DNA from: Lama guanicoe
Lineage: Eukaryota
Assembly: GCA_013239625.1 (NCBI GenBank)
Contig: MU053448.1
Location: 248,001 to 312,000 of the forward strand
Reading direction: 5' to 3'
DNA: 64,000 nucleotides
The position numbers and the translations under genes are program-made. Of this stretch, positions 28,567-46,009 are shown in pieces. Each line of letters begins with the position of its first letter. The stretch's first letter is position 1. A model generated the notes under the pieces. It was given only the letters and a program-made list of their open reading frames with translations. It searched no databases and was not told the DNA's origin.

Positions 28567-28693
28567 TGCTTGACAGTTCTTGACCCCGAAATGTATCTGG
28601 GCTGCTAAGACATAGGTAATAATAGCTGACGTATTTATTTTACTGATGCCCGTTTCTCAAAACCCTCTTCTGCCAGCTGGGATGGTTTTCTAG

Positions 28694-29011
<318 letters not shown>

Positions 29012-29268
29012 TAAGCACGTGCTCAGTGGAGGGGGGAGGTGGGAGCAGAAGCTGGTTCTGGGCCAACACAGAAGACCCCCTGCGCCTGGAAACGGACCCC
29101 AGCATCACTGGGCGGCTGTAATGCCCCTTATGTGACAGGGAGGGCTCAGGGCTGGCCTTCTGGAATTCTCTGAACCCATGGGCACTTACACAAGGCAGGC
29201 ATGCATTTTCCTAGGTAGGAGGGCCACAGCTTCTTGAACTCATTTTTCATGGAGGGGCCATGAGCTAA

Positions 29269-29652
<384 letters not shown>

Positions 29653-30044
29653 TAAGGTGCCACCAACTGGAGATTTCCTTTCGCTTCCAAAGGGAATCTA
29701 AATGTAATTGGTAAGTAAAGGAGTCTGGCAGGTAAATACTGATGGTTCCATTTGCCTTCTGTTTTCAGGGTTTGTAGATCTACCTCCTATATTGTCTTAT
29801 AAAATCTGCATTTTCAGATCATTGGCATAGTCTTCCAGTCTTCTGGCTCCCTTTGTTGTAGTTAAAGTGTGTTTGGGGCTATTTTTAGAGATTTTTTTGT
29901 GTTTATCATTTTATGGACTCTTTGTCATTGAATTCCAGAAAATACTCTGCCATTTGCCGTTGCAAATATTTTAGTTTTTCTTCCATTTGGGACTCTGGTT
30001 AGACATGTGTTAGACCTTCTTAGCTGCTCTCTACTTATCCTAGT

Positions 30045-30510
30045 TTTCTAGGTCAGAAGTCCGGTACGGCTCAGCTCAGCTGGGTCCTCTGTGCACTTTC
30101 AGTGTCCTAGGGCTGTGTTCCTTCTGGGGCCTCTGGGCATGGATCCGCTGCAGACTCACTCAGGTGGTTGGGTCCATTCAGTTCCTTGCAGTTGGACGAC
30201 TGAGGTCCCGTATCCTTGCTGGCTAATTAGTCCACATGCCTTCTCATGTTTTCCACGTGGCTCCCTCCAGCCAACATGTTCAACGTGTCCCTTGCACTCT
30301 TTTAATCTTCCAGTTAACTTTCTGCCATGTATCTCCTGCCTCCAGCTAGAGGAAGTCCTCTGCACATGATTTGATTGGGTCCACGTGGCTACTTTCCCTG
30401 TTTTGATGTCTGTAAGCTTGACTACATTTGCAGAGTCCCCTTCGCCATGGGAAGCTAGTATGTTCACAGGTCCCAGGGATTGGGGTGTAGACATCTTTAT
30501 GACTCAGCCT
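30045..30510. mobile_element. MaLR LTR (MLT1-like)
   Basis: ggtcagaagtcc...ttcagttccttgcagtt..gactgaggtccc...acatttgcagagtcccctt..cacaggtcccagggattgggg. Confidence 0.6.
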
Positions 30511-31495
30511 CTCACCGCCCCATCTCCTTGGCTCTCTGGGCTGCACCCAGAGTACTTTCTTCATTTAACTAATTAGCATCAGCTCAGTCTGGCATGCTAC
30601 ATGTCTACTTTTGAAAATCATTAGTTTGTATTTAAAATTTTGATTTGGTTTTTCAAATCTGGGTAGTACTTGACAATTTTACCATCTTCATGGAATTTTT
30701 CCTTTTTTATTTCTTTACACATTTCATGTGTCTTATATTCTGTATTTTAAAATTCTAGTATATGAGGCCTCAAGGAGAAATCTAAAACTCTGAAATGCTT
30801 CATCCTGTGTTGGTTTTTTATTTGCCACTCTTGTTTGACTGAACTTCGTTTGGGTTGCTTTTCTCCCAAGATTTGCATTCACTGCTCATCTCCCAGAGCC
30901 ATTACCAGCTTGGGGCCACGTTAGCCTGAGAGGTCCTGGCTTCATGGGGAGCCTCCAGGTGCAGTCCACCTTGCTTCCAGCCCAGGCCGTCTCTTCACCC
31001 CGCTGCCTCTGGCAGCATCCGTGCCTGAGGAGGTCCTGGCTTTTGCTTTAGTTCCTCCATAGGCAGAACCAGAAGTGCTTTTTGAAGTTTGTTCTGTTTT
31101 TGTACTTGTGTGCGTGTGTTCTGTCATAGCAGAAGGGTCTATAAAGCATCCTGTCCACAATGGCTGGAAATCATTAAAACTTGTATTAGTTCTCTGGTCT
31201 TTCTCCACTGATCATGTTATTTTCGTCTTTCCATTACTAGCTTTTAGGACACTGTAGATTCTTAATATGTTTGTTGAATGAATAGATCTGCAAGTTGTAC
31301 AGATGAATCTACCATTAGCATGAAACCAACAGATAATTGTTTAAATGCAAAATATATTTATCATTCCAGTAGTTACATTACGGAGACGGTATGTGTGTAA
31401 TTTTTCCGAGAAGATGTGAAAATGCTGACATTTTGCAACATGACAAACAAACGGACAACTTTATTAGTAAAACACCCTAATTTTAACTGTTGTAG

Positions 31496-31660
<165 letters not shown>

Positions 31661-32254
31661 GGGCGGGTGTCCCCCGTTTCTGAGTCCCAGCACTGACTAC
31701 ATTTAATAACGCTAACGGCATGTTTTTCTTTCCGTAAACTATTTAGTGAGATTTGTAGGGACTATTTTTCAGTATCTCTGTGCCTATGAAAGGGGTGCTT
31801 TTCAATCTAAAAAGCTTAATTTTATAAAATTGACTTATTTTTCTAGACTAATTGTATATGCTTTTGGAAATTGGGAAGTCGGAGAATATTGGCTGCTGAT
31901 TGTTACCATCATGTTCTTACACAATTATTTTCCATTTTTCTGTGGAATGTTCCAACAGCTAGCTGGGTCATGAAGTGCTGCTCAGTTCATCCACTGACCC
32001 TTGAGCAAAGGATCTGTAACAGGGAAAGATTTGTGGACTTAAGCGAGAAACTTAATGCCAGCTAATTGTGATAAAACCCGTTACCCTTTAGAATTAAACA
32101 GTAATTAATTAGCTTTTGTTGATGGATTTTTCTGAAAACCTTTTCTAAGTCATTTTGTTCCCTCTGTGTCAGTTTCAGAACTTGATTTCTCTGCTTCTAC
32201 TAAATCCAGTTGTGACAAAATCTAATTTGTGAGGTATGATTTAAAGGTTACAGA

Positions 32255-32260
32255 AATAAA
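32255..32260 (+). terminator. CYFIP1: Probable CYFIP1 polyadenylation signal
   Basis: First AATAAA ~600 nt after the stop, followed by a T/GT-rich stretch (tgtttatgtccatttgt). Confidence 0.7.
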
Positions 32261-33395
32261 ACTGATAAAACCTGTTTATGTCCATTTGTCACTGGGACCC
32301 CGTGTGGGCAAGGTACTTTCTCTGCTGACCCGAGTGCACAGGCCAGGCCAGGAAGCCAGGTCACCTGCAGCCTTGTGAGAAGAGACAAGCTCATGATGAT
32401 AACTTTCATATGGCTTTGGAAATGTTACTTCCAGAATCCAGGGGCATAGTACACGCTACCAAAAAATAAGTCCGTGAACTACTCTTGTTACTGTTCAGCC
32501 TTGAGTTACATGCAACAGAACTTCTTTACATAAAGTTACCGAAAGATGCTGCTTTTGGTAATGGGAAATCATAACCCCGGGGCCAGTCTTCTGCTACAGA
32601 TTGATAGCATCTGTGCTCTCCCTATAATGGAACATATAGAATATGATGAAAGATTAAGTATAATGACTGAATTTAACTAATTCACATTACTGAGTTTTAT
32701 AAGACTTAATTATAAACCAAATAAAAATTTCAAGTGCTGTACGATGTTAAAGAATTTATTATTAACAACCTCGGCATTCTCAACGAGGGCAGTATCACAC
32801 CCAAAGGGGTGAAAATTGGTTCTCTGTTGTATACAAAACACAGATATAGATACAGTACGTAAACAGAGTGTATCTGTGGTGGTAAAATTACATGGAGAGG
32901 CAGTTAAAATAAAGTCTACAAAGGCTCCTTAGAGGGTCAATAATAAAATGTCGGGAAAATGGAATTTACTTAGTGAAACCTGGATGTCACCTCTGCCCTG
33001 ACAAAGCCATGGACAGTGCGGCTCAGTGCCGGCTGGTTACACGGTGGGCTGAGCTGGGGGACCCTGGGCAGGGGCAGCAGAATGGAAACAAGTTCTTCCT
33101 ACCCCAGTGGGAATTAGCTGTCAATATTTTTTAAGGCCAATAAATCCCTATCTGTGATGTTTGATAGGTTTTGAAGCTGGATGGAGTTCATTATACTAGT
33201 CTACCTTTTTTTGCATATATTTGAAATTTTCTGTAAACATTTTTTTCCCATGGATGTTTTTAAAAAACTGAAATACATAGTGGTCCGAACAAACTCTTAA
33301 GCAAAGTAAAATATGTGATACAAAAAGACTATTTTATAAACGCCCTGTTTGTTCTAAGCATTCAGACTTAGAAAAGAACTTTGTTTCAATTTGTT

Positions 33396-33449
33396 TTTAT
33401 TATAACATGAGCTAGATTTAAGAAATTACCCTAGTCTTCTGACTTTATT
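33396..33449 (-). terminator. NIPA2: Probable NIPA2 polyadenylation signals
   Basis: TTTATT on + (AATAAA on -) at 33444-33449 and 33396-33401, ~0.8 kb after the NIPA2 stop. Confidence 0.6.
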
Positions 33450-33620
33450 TCCCAGAGTTGTTAGAAGAGCTAAATGACAATATAACTCATTATGAAAATA
33501 TACTGAGAAGTACAAGAGCTGATGTAACATGGTAATCACGGTTCCAGGTAGCAAGGAATTAGAGTAACTGAAAAAAAAAAAAAAAACCAGCCAGGCTGCA
33601 GCCCAACAGAAAAAAACAGG

Positions 33621-33650
33621 TTTAACAAGGTGCCATTTAACAAGGTGCCA
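33621..33650. repeat. Perfect 15-bp tandem duplication in the NIPA2 3' UTR
   Basis: TTTAACAAGGTGCCA x2. Confidence 0.95.
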
Positions 33651-34259
33651 TCAAGCAAGACCATCAAATGTGCACGATGTCGAGTCACAGCCTGAGAAAT
33701 TTTTCCATTGGGTGATCTCCTACCTTTTTTGTTTTATAAATGAATTTCCTTCATTTAATAATTTTGGAGTCTCTTAAATTAACATTTCAAAATTAAAATC
33801 ATCAAACAGGTGCCAGTTTTAAAGGTAAAGTAAACTACAGGATAATGTATTGAGTTAATTTTGTTCTTTTTTAAATCAAAAAGCTTAAAAATGGTCAGAG
33901 ATTGATGGAGTGGGGATGACAAATGTACATTTCAGACTTTCATCACCAATGAAAAAATAAAGCATTTTTATAGACTTAAAACTGTCATTAGTGCATTTAG
34001 ATTTTGGTGAAGGAAAATTTAAAATACCTCTACAATAATACAATGTTAATAGAAATTGGCCATGTACTGAGGTCATTTTAGTGAGCTACCATCATTTAAA
34101 TATAAGAAAAGTAATTTCTTGGTCCAATTTAGTGAAACCTTAAAAAAGATTGTCTCTAGAGAACATTATTTGAGAACAATGCTTTTTCAGACACATTCTG
34201 ATATTCAAATCCACTTTATAACACGGTTACAGATTAACCTTTTAATTACATCTTTCTTA

Positions 34260-34916
<657 letters not shown>

Positions 34917-36899
34917 CTATTCAGTCAAATGTTTTACGGACTGAAAGAAAACAGAATCCAAAACAAGATATTAACTCAAGAGGAAGGAGAAACGGCGTGG
35001 CCCTAAAACAAAACAGCCTGCTTCTGCTGGGGCAGTACACGCGTGAATATTTAGCCAGATGCACGATGGAAGCTTAACACGAACTTTGACAGCAGTACAC
35101 AATCTGGGGGGCTGAACCTGCGGACACGGAACCTCAGGTACAGAGGATGGACTAGAAAGTGGGTTTTCTCAGGCGTCCCTACCCCCTGTTGTTAAAGGGT
35201 CAAACGTGTATCAAAGAAAATGGAATAAGGCAGCCCGACCGCTGTCTATTCCAGAACACCGTGCTACTCCCCACCCACTGGTGCTCTAACTCTAAGGACA
35301 GATGCAATCAGAACAATTAAGAAAAACCAGTGGAGAGAAGTCATGAGATGACCCTGAGATGCTCAACAGTTTACAGATGCTAAAGAACATTTGTCTAAAA
35401 AGGAGTAAATGTTTAAAATCTTTGGGGACGACCACTAGGGTAAAGAACAAATCAATACGAGAATTTGAAAATCACTGGCAGGGTTCTGGCTGGATACAGA
35501 GACCCGAAATCGGCACGGTAAGAGCTTCTGATGGGGCAGCACTGTGGGCTAGGCGCTCTTCTCAGCAAGTTGCACTGAGTAACTCATTAAATCCTCACAA
35601 TTACCCTATAACACAGACACTGTCATCTCCACCTTAAGACAAGGAAACTGAGACACAGCAGTCAATCTTTCCGCTCCTCAAATTCTGCTATTAAAATGAA
35701 CAGTTACTAGGACTTTTAAGGAAGCAAACACAAACACAAGAATAGGTGACAGCAACATTACGAAATAACTGATACGAGCAGATGTAAGAAAGCTGCAGCC
35801 AGTATCAGCAGTGACTGAAGATCGGACAGTGACTCAGTCTGCAACAAAGCATGCTCTAAAGATGCAAACTACCTCTGGAAGTGGGGTGACGGGGAGACTG
35901 AAAACAGGAGGCCCGGCTGCAAGTCCATTCAGGAAGCAATGAGACCCCAGGTCCCTGCCTGGTTCTGAACACCTGAGTGACTGCTCCTCAGGCCACCGTG
36001 AGCAGGAGACCCTAGGCCAGCTGAGTGTGTGCTGCTTCACCAGAATGGGGGCTGGAGTAACGCATGTCTAAGATGGTAACCTCCTCCCCACTTGAATCAT
36101 CGGATGCTGGCAGCCACACTTTGCTGGGGATCTGGCCAGCCCAACTCAGAAGGCAGTCAAGGATCACCAGGAGAGGCCAAAACAACCAGAAAAACAAAGC
36201 CGTTGTTGGCTCCATACAGACAGAGGGAAACTTTAAAATAGGTAAATTACCACCCCCAGCCCCTCAAGAGAAAACAATTAAAACTACCATTAATATCCTC
36301 GGAGAGACAATGATGAAATATGAGAGCAATCAAAGCAGTCAGAACTGGAGGGGCCACAATCTGGGGAGAAAGGAAGTCCACTCAGGGCAGCAGCAGAGTC
36401 CAGAGCAGGAGTGAGGGTGGCGCAAAGGCCAGCAGACAGTGGTAACCTGGGGCTTGTGGGAGTTTCAGTAGATAAGGTTAAAAGAAAAGGTGGAATTTTG
36501 GGCTGCCTAAGCTTAAGCTGGGACACAAGGGCCAAGATTCCAGGAAGGAGGGAACTGAAGAGAAGTGAGCACACATTTCCGTGAGCAATTCCCCTTAGGG
36601 AGCCTGTGGGCACAGAGCCACACACACCGAGGTCAGAGGAGCCAAGCGGACAGCCTGGCAAGGCCAAAGGGCTGAGCAGAGAGGCCTGAAGTCTCGGCTG
36701 CCGAGACAGACACTGGCATCCACAGCTCACCAAGGTGGAGAATCCAAGTGAACATCCCAGCCTAACCACTGGGAACCAGAGGGCTACAGCCAAAGATAAA
36801 GGCAGAATGGAAAGAACCAGCCCCAGTAAAGCTTGAAACAATACTTCAGGCTGCAGGCGATCTGCTGTGCTCTTATCTGCCCACCTGAAGAAATTTCAG

Positions 36900-38685
<1,786 letters not shown>

Positions 38686-39839
38686 CTACTTCTCTCATTT
38701 TTAAGTATCAGTACAACTCAGAATTTAAATTACTGAACTCCAACTAAAACACTGTGAGCTTATGAAGATTCTGGCTTCCAGCCAAGGTGAAGGAAAGTGC
38801 ACATTCAATTATAAAATGCAAGTTTCTGGGGAACCACTTGCTTCATCATACACTAAATCAGTATAGTTACCATCTTCCCACTGTAGGACATCAAAGTGAA
38901 ATTTATAATTAACAGAGCTATGATACAAATTTATATTCTAATTAAAACTCTACACCCAAATCAATAATTAAAATTTGCTCAACTTTAATTTATCCCTACT
39001 GGTTGATGCATCCTTTGTACATTTTCATTTAATTCTATGTAATCTGCCTATTAATTAAATTTTCAAATTTCAATACTGTATCGCTAGTTTTATCAAATTC
39101 TTTCTAAAAAGTACAAATCTATGAATATAATAATGGCATTACATAGAGAAAATTAAGGACAAAATGACATGTTCCATAATATATCTTTATATATTTTCCA
39201 TAATATATGGCATCTTACATCTTTATATATTTTGTATACTATATAGTATCTTAGAAATAACATAATTTGCATATAATATTGATTTCTGTATATACTATCT
39301 TGAAAAAAAACACGTATCAATGAGCCAACTTTAGGAACAGCAGCCAAAATCCAGACTTCAATATGGGCTTAGCTGTTTGGGCTAATGATTAAAACAAAAG
39401 AAACAGAAGTCTTGGACTCATCCTTCCCAGCAAGTACCCAGGCCAGTCTGCAGCCTTGCCTCAACCCATGGTTTTCTGTAGAAGGTACAGATGTCTATTC
39501 ATCACCAACCACCACCTACCAAAGTATGCATGTGGCAAATGATCAACACTGCTTAACACATGCAACTTGGAATTTCGAAAAATCGAAATTAAAGGAGAAC
39601 CAGTGCTGGCTCTGAATATAAGCAAGACAAAGCATAAAAGCACTTTCTCCCATAAACTGACAGCTTACCTGTGCACAGAGGGTAACTTTTCAAAAGCAAA
39701 TTATTACACAGCATAAAAAAAAAGTTCTCAAGGTTGTTTAAATGTGAATTATGCTGAACATATGTAAACAGATGGTACTGTAAACTTCACCGACTGAAAC
39801 ACCAACTGCTGTTTCTGCGCGTGGAGGGTAGGGGCCTTA

Positions 39840-39959
<120 letters not shown>

Positions 39960-40489
39960 TCAGATACAGGAATACATCCACTCAAAATGGAAATGCCTGC
40001 ATTTATTTACATATTTTTATGTACTATTTGAATCGAAATTACTATCTCCGTATTTTCCCCCATCCATTCATCTGGGTTGTCCTGTAAGTTAGTTATCAAC
40101 ATTAGAGTCGAAACCGATCAGAAATACAAATCTATAATTTTAATTGAAAAGATCAAATTTATACTTATATATGGGTTTATTAATTTAAAATTTAATAGAT
40201 ATTTATATCCTATGACAACAAACACAAAAAACAGGCTGCCTGACTGTCCTCCAGCACAGTAACTGGCTTCAGAGGGACCACTCCAAGCAGTCAAGGCACA
40301 ACGTTAATGTCTCTGACGACTTGGGCTCGGAAGTCACACGCCATCACTCGCTGCACTCTTCGATCACACGAGGCCAGCGCTAACTCAGTGTGAGAGAGAC
40401 TCACTCAGAAGTGTGAATACCGGGGGTGAGAACCCTGGCGGGATATCTTGGACGCTGCCTACCACCCCCTAATAGGCCAGCTGCTGTTT

Positions 40490-40850
40490 CCTCCTGCTTC
40501 ACCTGTTCTCCCGAACAGCCACGTGGCCGGCCCCCTCACTTCCTTTGTATCTCTTACTCAAATATCTTTTCGGTGAGGCTTGCCCTGGCCCCCCCTCAGC
40601 TGAAATCTAAACCTCTCTATCCTTCATTTTATCACATCCCTACTTTACTTTACTCCTAGCAATTGTTGGCATTTATCACTAACAAACACCTTTGAACTTA
40701 TCTTGTTTACTGTCATCCATGTACAATGTGAAGTCTCATCTGGGTAAGGATTTTTCTGTTTGTTTATTTGACTAGTATACCTCTGGCACCTACAACACCT
40801 AGTATACAAGAAACAATCAAGAAATATTTGCTGAATGAATAGTCAAATCA
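40490..40850 (-). mobile_element. L2 3' fragment
   Basis: ctcaaatatc...tgaggcttgccctggcc...aaatatttgctgaatgaat. Confidence 0.6.
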
Positions 40851-41098
40851 ATCTCTTCGTTATTTCAACTGCTCTTCAACTTAGAAAAAAAATCGCATAA
40901 CTTAATCCTGAATACTTTGAAGGCTCGGTGTCTTAAGGATCACTTTTTCTATGTACCTTTTTACAGATAATCATCGAAATAAGCATGGGAAGTCTTATCA
41001 AATGCATATCTCCTTTCCAATTTGGAATGAAAATCAGTGGAGAGGCAGGAATTAAAAACAGGATGTTTTCTGTATCTTTCATTTTCAAAAATCACCTT

Positions 41099-41242
41099 TT
41101 TAAGGATTTTTTTAAATTTACATTTATTTGGGGGAGAGGGACGTCATTTATTTTATTTATTTATTTTTAGAGGAGGTACTGGGGACTGAACCCAGGACCT
41201 CGTGCATGCCAAGCACGTGCCCTACTGAGCTATCCACACCCC
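41099..41242 (-). mobile_element. tRNA-derived SINE (Vic-1-like)
   Basis: Perfect 13-bp TSD CAAAAATCACCTT at 41086-41098 and 41243-41255. Confidence 0.88.
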
Positions 41243-41284
41243 CAAAAATCACCTTAAACTGAGCAGAACCTTTCAAATGTGTGC

Positions 41285-41309
41285 GCACGCACACACACAC
41301 ACACACACA
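41285..41309 (+). repeat. (CA)n microsatellite
   Basis: gcacgcacacacacacacacacaca. Confidence 0.9.
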
Positions 41310-41427
41310 ATCAGACATATTTCAATCAGATAGGAAAAAGAAAGTCTTCCCATTCAAATTAAATAAGCTTTTAAACTGCTAAATGACTTTTACAGGTTTT
41401 ACTTTTACATATTTTGTATTTTGTTCA

Positions 41428-41625
<198 letters not shown>

Positions 41626-42970
41626 TCACTTCTCTGGAAGATTATCAGACCCTTGTAACTTCATGACAACTATCAGTAATGACAGATTTTAAAGTCTCAT
41701 TTGCTGATTATTCCTACTCTGAATAGTCTTCATCATGATTACACAGGAGATGTCTTAGATAATATTTTTATGATTATCTTAGAAAAGGGGATGTGAGGAT
41801 CATGAAAAGGTGAGTGAAGGAATTAAATCAAAACTCACATTCAGTTCATACTTCATTCTTTTCTTTTCTGAACTCAGTTTCAATAAATAAAGAGAATGAA
41901 CCACAAGAAGTAGCCCAACTTCAAATGAATTAGTCAGAAAGTGGATAAGCCATTTAGGTGTGGGTTACCCCACTTACGAGACAGTGCCCAGGGAGAAAGG
42001 GGTCCTATACTGACCAGACATAAAAAGATGAAGCACCGCTCACAGTCTGGGGCTTCCAGGATACTTAACCTGCCTGTTTACTCGACTATCCTCCAGACCA
42101 AATTAATAAAATCAGAAGCAATCTGCACTCAAGCCTTTGTTCAAAAGAAAAAGCCAACGGGAATGAACCCTTTGACATGCACCTCCGCCATGGACAATGA
42201 GTACCTGCCTTAGGAATGAGGAAAACGCGTGTTCAAGCAGTGTATGCCAACACTTTCTCCCTTCTTCACTAAAATCTAGTAGAGGCTATTGTTTTGCAGA
42301 CAGCTTGATTAGGTTTGGCCATAGAGATGGCACAGGAAAGAGAAAGGTAGTTATTTTTTTTTACTGCCAAAGCAGGTTTCCCTATGAGGTCAGAACTGGG
42401 CCTGGAACTGAAGCAGAGACTGAATGACGGAACACGACCAGTATGCAGCAGGATGCTGGGAGCTGTCGGGATGCCCCAGACGAAGTCAGAGGGGGTTTAA
42501 TCATGTCAGGTCTTGTGACTTGTCAGCAGTTTCTGTGAATCACTCAGCTGATTACACTTCAATGTAAGAAGGCCCTCTCTTTCCTTCCTGCTAACTTGTG
42601 ATCATCAGGAAAAATATCTAAGGTAAAAGTCAAACTTCTACTATCACAGACAACAGATCCTAGCCTTCAGTAAGATTCTGATTCTATCCAGATATCCTCA
42701 TTTCCTTCTTGGCAGATACATCAAAATGTAAAGAAAAGGCTGGATGGGCACTGGTCTCTATTCCCACTTTGACAATAACGTTGAATGAGTACTTGACTTA
42801 TTTCAACATCTTCTTACTTTTTATTTTTCTCATTGCAAAAATAATGTTTGGTTTTCTATAAACACAACCCTTGCACAGTTCAAAGTTCTGAATATAGTCA
42901 CTAGGAAGGAAGATGTGGTCCCCTACAGTCAAGCAACCTAAGTATGTCCACTGATACCACTTCAGAGTCA

Positions 42971-43138
<168 letters not shown>

Positions 43139-43429
43139 TTAAGTTACTGTGAATCACATTGATCAAGAACAGAGAAACTGCTGGTGCTGGAGGCAGGATG
43201 ATGCAGTCTTCAAACCTAAACGATGCAAAACAAGATAAGATTTTCACAGGATGATCACGACTCAGTCACAATCATACGCAATTCAAAATTTCACTCCATT
43301 TCTCTTCTCATAAAAGAATTTTACTACTATTAATAAAATATATACATTTACCATTTACATTTAGCACTAATCTAATTCTACTTCTTCCACCTACGGTGAA
43401 AGATGGGATCATGAAATGAAACCATACTT

Positions 43430-43785
43430 AAAAACTGAACTCATGAAAACAGAACCCCCAGAGGCAGGGGTTGAGAGCAGGCGAAACAAGTGAAGGCGGT
43501 CAAAAGGTGCAGACTCTCAGTTACAAGATGAGTGAGCCCTGGGGATGTAATGCACAGCACACTGACACAGTACAATACTGCACTGTATCTGAAAGCAGCT
43601 AAGAGAGTAGGTCTTAAAAGTTCTCATCATAAGGAAAGAAAAAAGTGTAACTATGTGTGGTGATGGATGGTAACTAAACCTATTGTGGTGATCATTTTGT
43701 AATATATACATTATGTGGCATACCTTAAGCTAATACAATGTTAACATGTCAGTTATAACTCAGTAGAACTGGAAAAAATTTAAAA
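43430..43785 (+). mobile_element. L1MA-type 3' end
   Basis: ggtcaaaaggtgcagactctcagttacaagatgagt...gctaagagagtaggtcttaaaagttctcatca. Confidence 0.8.
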
Positions 43786-46009
43786 ACCATATTTAAGTTG
43801 ATTTTATAAACTCTGGTTTCATATTTTAAAAACATTTCCAGTCTTTGCTGGACAGTCCATAGTAACAAAACTTTGCTGATAAGAAAAAAAAATGAATGAA
43901 AATCAAGCACAAAAATATACAAATCTACTTTATAAATATATTTACCAAGTTCACAGATGTGTCCTTTTCGATATTCTACACAGAGAATCAAAAAATTTTC
44001 TCACCCATATATTCTCTTTTTAGAAATCTATATAGACAGAAACATACGGTAATTTATTTCTTATTTAGCCTATTTGCGGGTGTGTGAGGAGAAGGCAGGG
44101 TTCACATTACTTTGTTAGCAGAGGATAGTAATTCCAGCAGACAGAAGTTGCCAGGATTTGTGTGTGGTACTGGTGGGCTTTAGAGAACATGAGTGCCATG
44201 GACCCTAGAGGACTCAAGCCGTAAGACCAGACAGGATGCAGAGGCTTACCAAAGACCGCAATTTTTTTCCCAGTCAACTCAGAACCCTGCTGACAGACAA
44301 ACTAAAGCAGAGGAAAAAACATTACTCAGCTACAAGTAATGATGGTTATAACTATGACTGGTTATAACCAACTGCCAGTCCAACCTTCTGGTATGTCTTG
44401 AGATTTTTTTTGTCCTACAATTTAACAATTGAGTCCCAGAACTAAAATGCAATTCAGTCAGGATCCTTAGTCATTAACCCTCACTGGCTAGCCAAGTTTT
44501 TCCGTTCTTCAGGTTAAGGGACTCTGGCCTTTAACAAAGGCAATTTAACTTCCTATAAACCTAGCCCCTCAAGTACCTTATCCATCCACTCAGTTTTCAC
44601 TGAACATACGTTATGGGAGCTAAGCATTATGCTTAATAATGGATGAAATGGTGATAGCTTTTAGTCTTCGTGGGGCAACAGACAAGGGACAGATTGGGGT
44701 GGAGGCTGAGAGGAACAGGTGAAGGTAACAATGTAGTAGTATCTTTGTATGGTGACAGATGGTAACTACGCTCATGGTGATCATTTTGTAACACAGTAAC
44801 GTCAAATCACTATATTGTGCAGTGGGAACTAACACAGTGCTGTCAATTATACCTCAAAAGGGAAGAAAAAGAAATTTTGATATTAAACTTCCAGGTATGA
44901 CAAAACATTTTTTAAAATGGTCCTTTACTGTAATTGGTAAAGATTTGAGAAGGTACTTCAACACAAAAGAATGAAGCTCTCTCTCTGCAAGTATGTCTAG
45001 TTTTTCAAATCTGGTGACAGTCTAAATTAACTCCTTCACTTCTACTTATTGATAAATAGAAACGACAAAAATGAAAGATAAGTTTCAAATCTATAATTAG
45101 ACTGCTCTACCACACACACACAAAAAAAGACTGCAACCAAAAAAAAAAAAAAAAAGTATGCTCACAGTGTTCCCACCGCACCCTAAACAACTGGTTTATC
45201 CGTGTTCACGACCCAGTCACCCTCAGCAGAGCTCCAGCTCCTGGCTTCCTGCACACGAGCCACCTTTTTCACCCTGTGAACCTAGCTATCTGGCAGTTTC
45301 AAAATATGCCTTAAAACACTGGGTGAATACAGATGAATGAAAATCATATTTACTGGCCTTAAAAAATAAGTTAGCTATTCTTGAGTGGTCATTTAATAGA
45401 CAGAAAACCACTGCATCATTCAGATCAGCAGCCTGATATGCAACCACTGTTTTACAGCCTGTAAGATGAAGAACTGTAACAAGCTCTCGGTGTGCTGGGA
45501 AGTGACAGTACCACATACAGGCAACCATGCAAAGATAAAGAGTAATCAAGGTTGGAAAAAGGGAGAACCTAGCTACCAAACACGGCAGCCCGCTGGGCAG
45601 GTATATCTTTCTCATGAGCAAGAGTCACAGAACTTTAATAAAACATAAAATCCTCCTTCTCCTTTAACCATTATCTTCATGGAACATTGTTTTAATTATC
45701 ACACAAGTTCTACTGAGGAAGTGATTTCTTAAAATTCCCTAGTTCATCAGTCTCCCTTTTGAAGGTCTGAACAGAACAAGCCAACCTATAGTCTGATAAT
45801 TCTGGAATCAATAAAATGGAACTTAGTTATCTGCAAAGATGATACCCAGAAACAAGTAAGGTTTACCTATAATTCCAATCCCAGTATAATGACAGCCTCA
45901 CAAATCCAAAATTTTTTTCGATTTTAATTATATAAAACTGACCTTCAAATACCAAATTTATAACTATTAGTTTACTAATATTTACTTACACTTATGTTAA
46001 CTTTCACTA

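Noticed and set aside
44343..44370. TGGTTATAAC...GTTATAACCA inverted repeat
   Set aside because: Short AT-rich duplication of a palindromic word deep in an intron, with no functional context.
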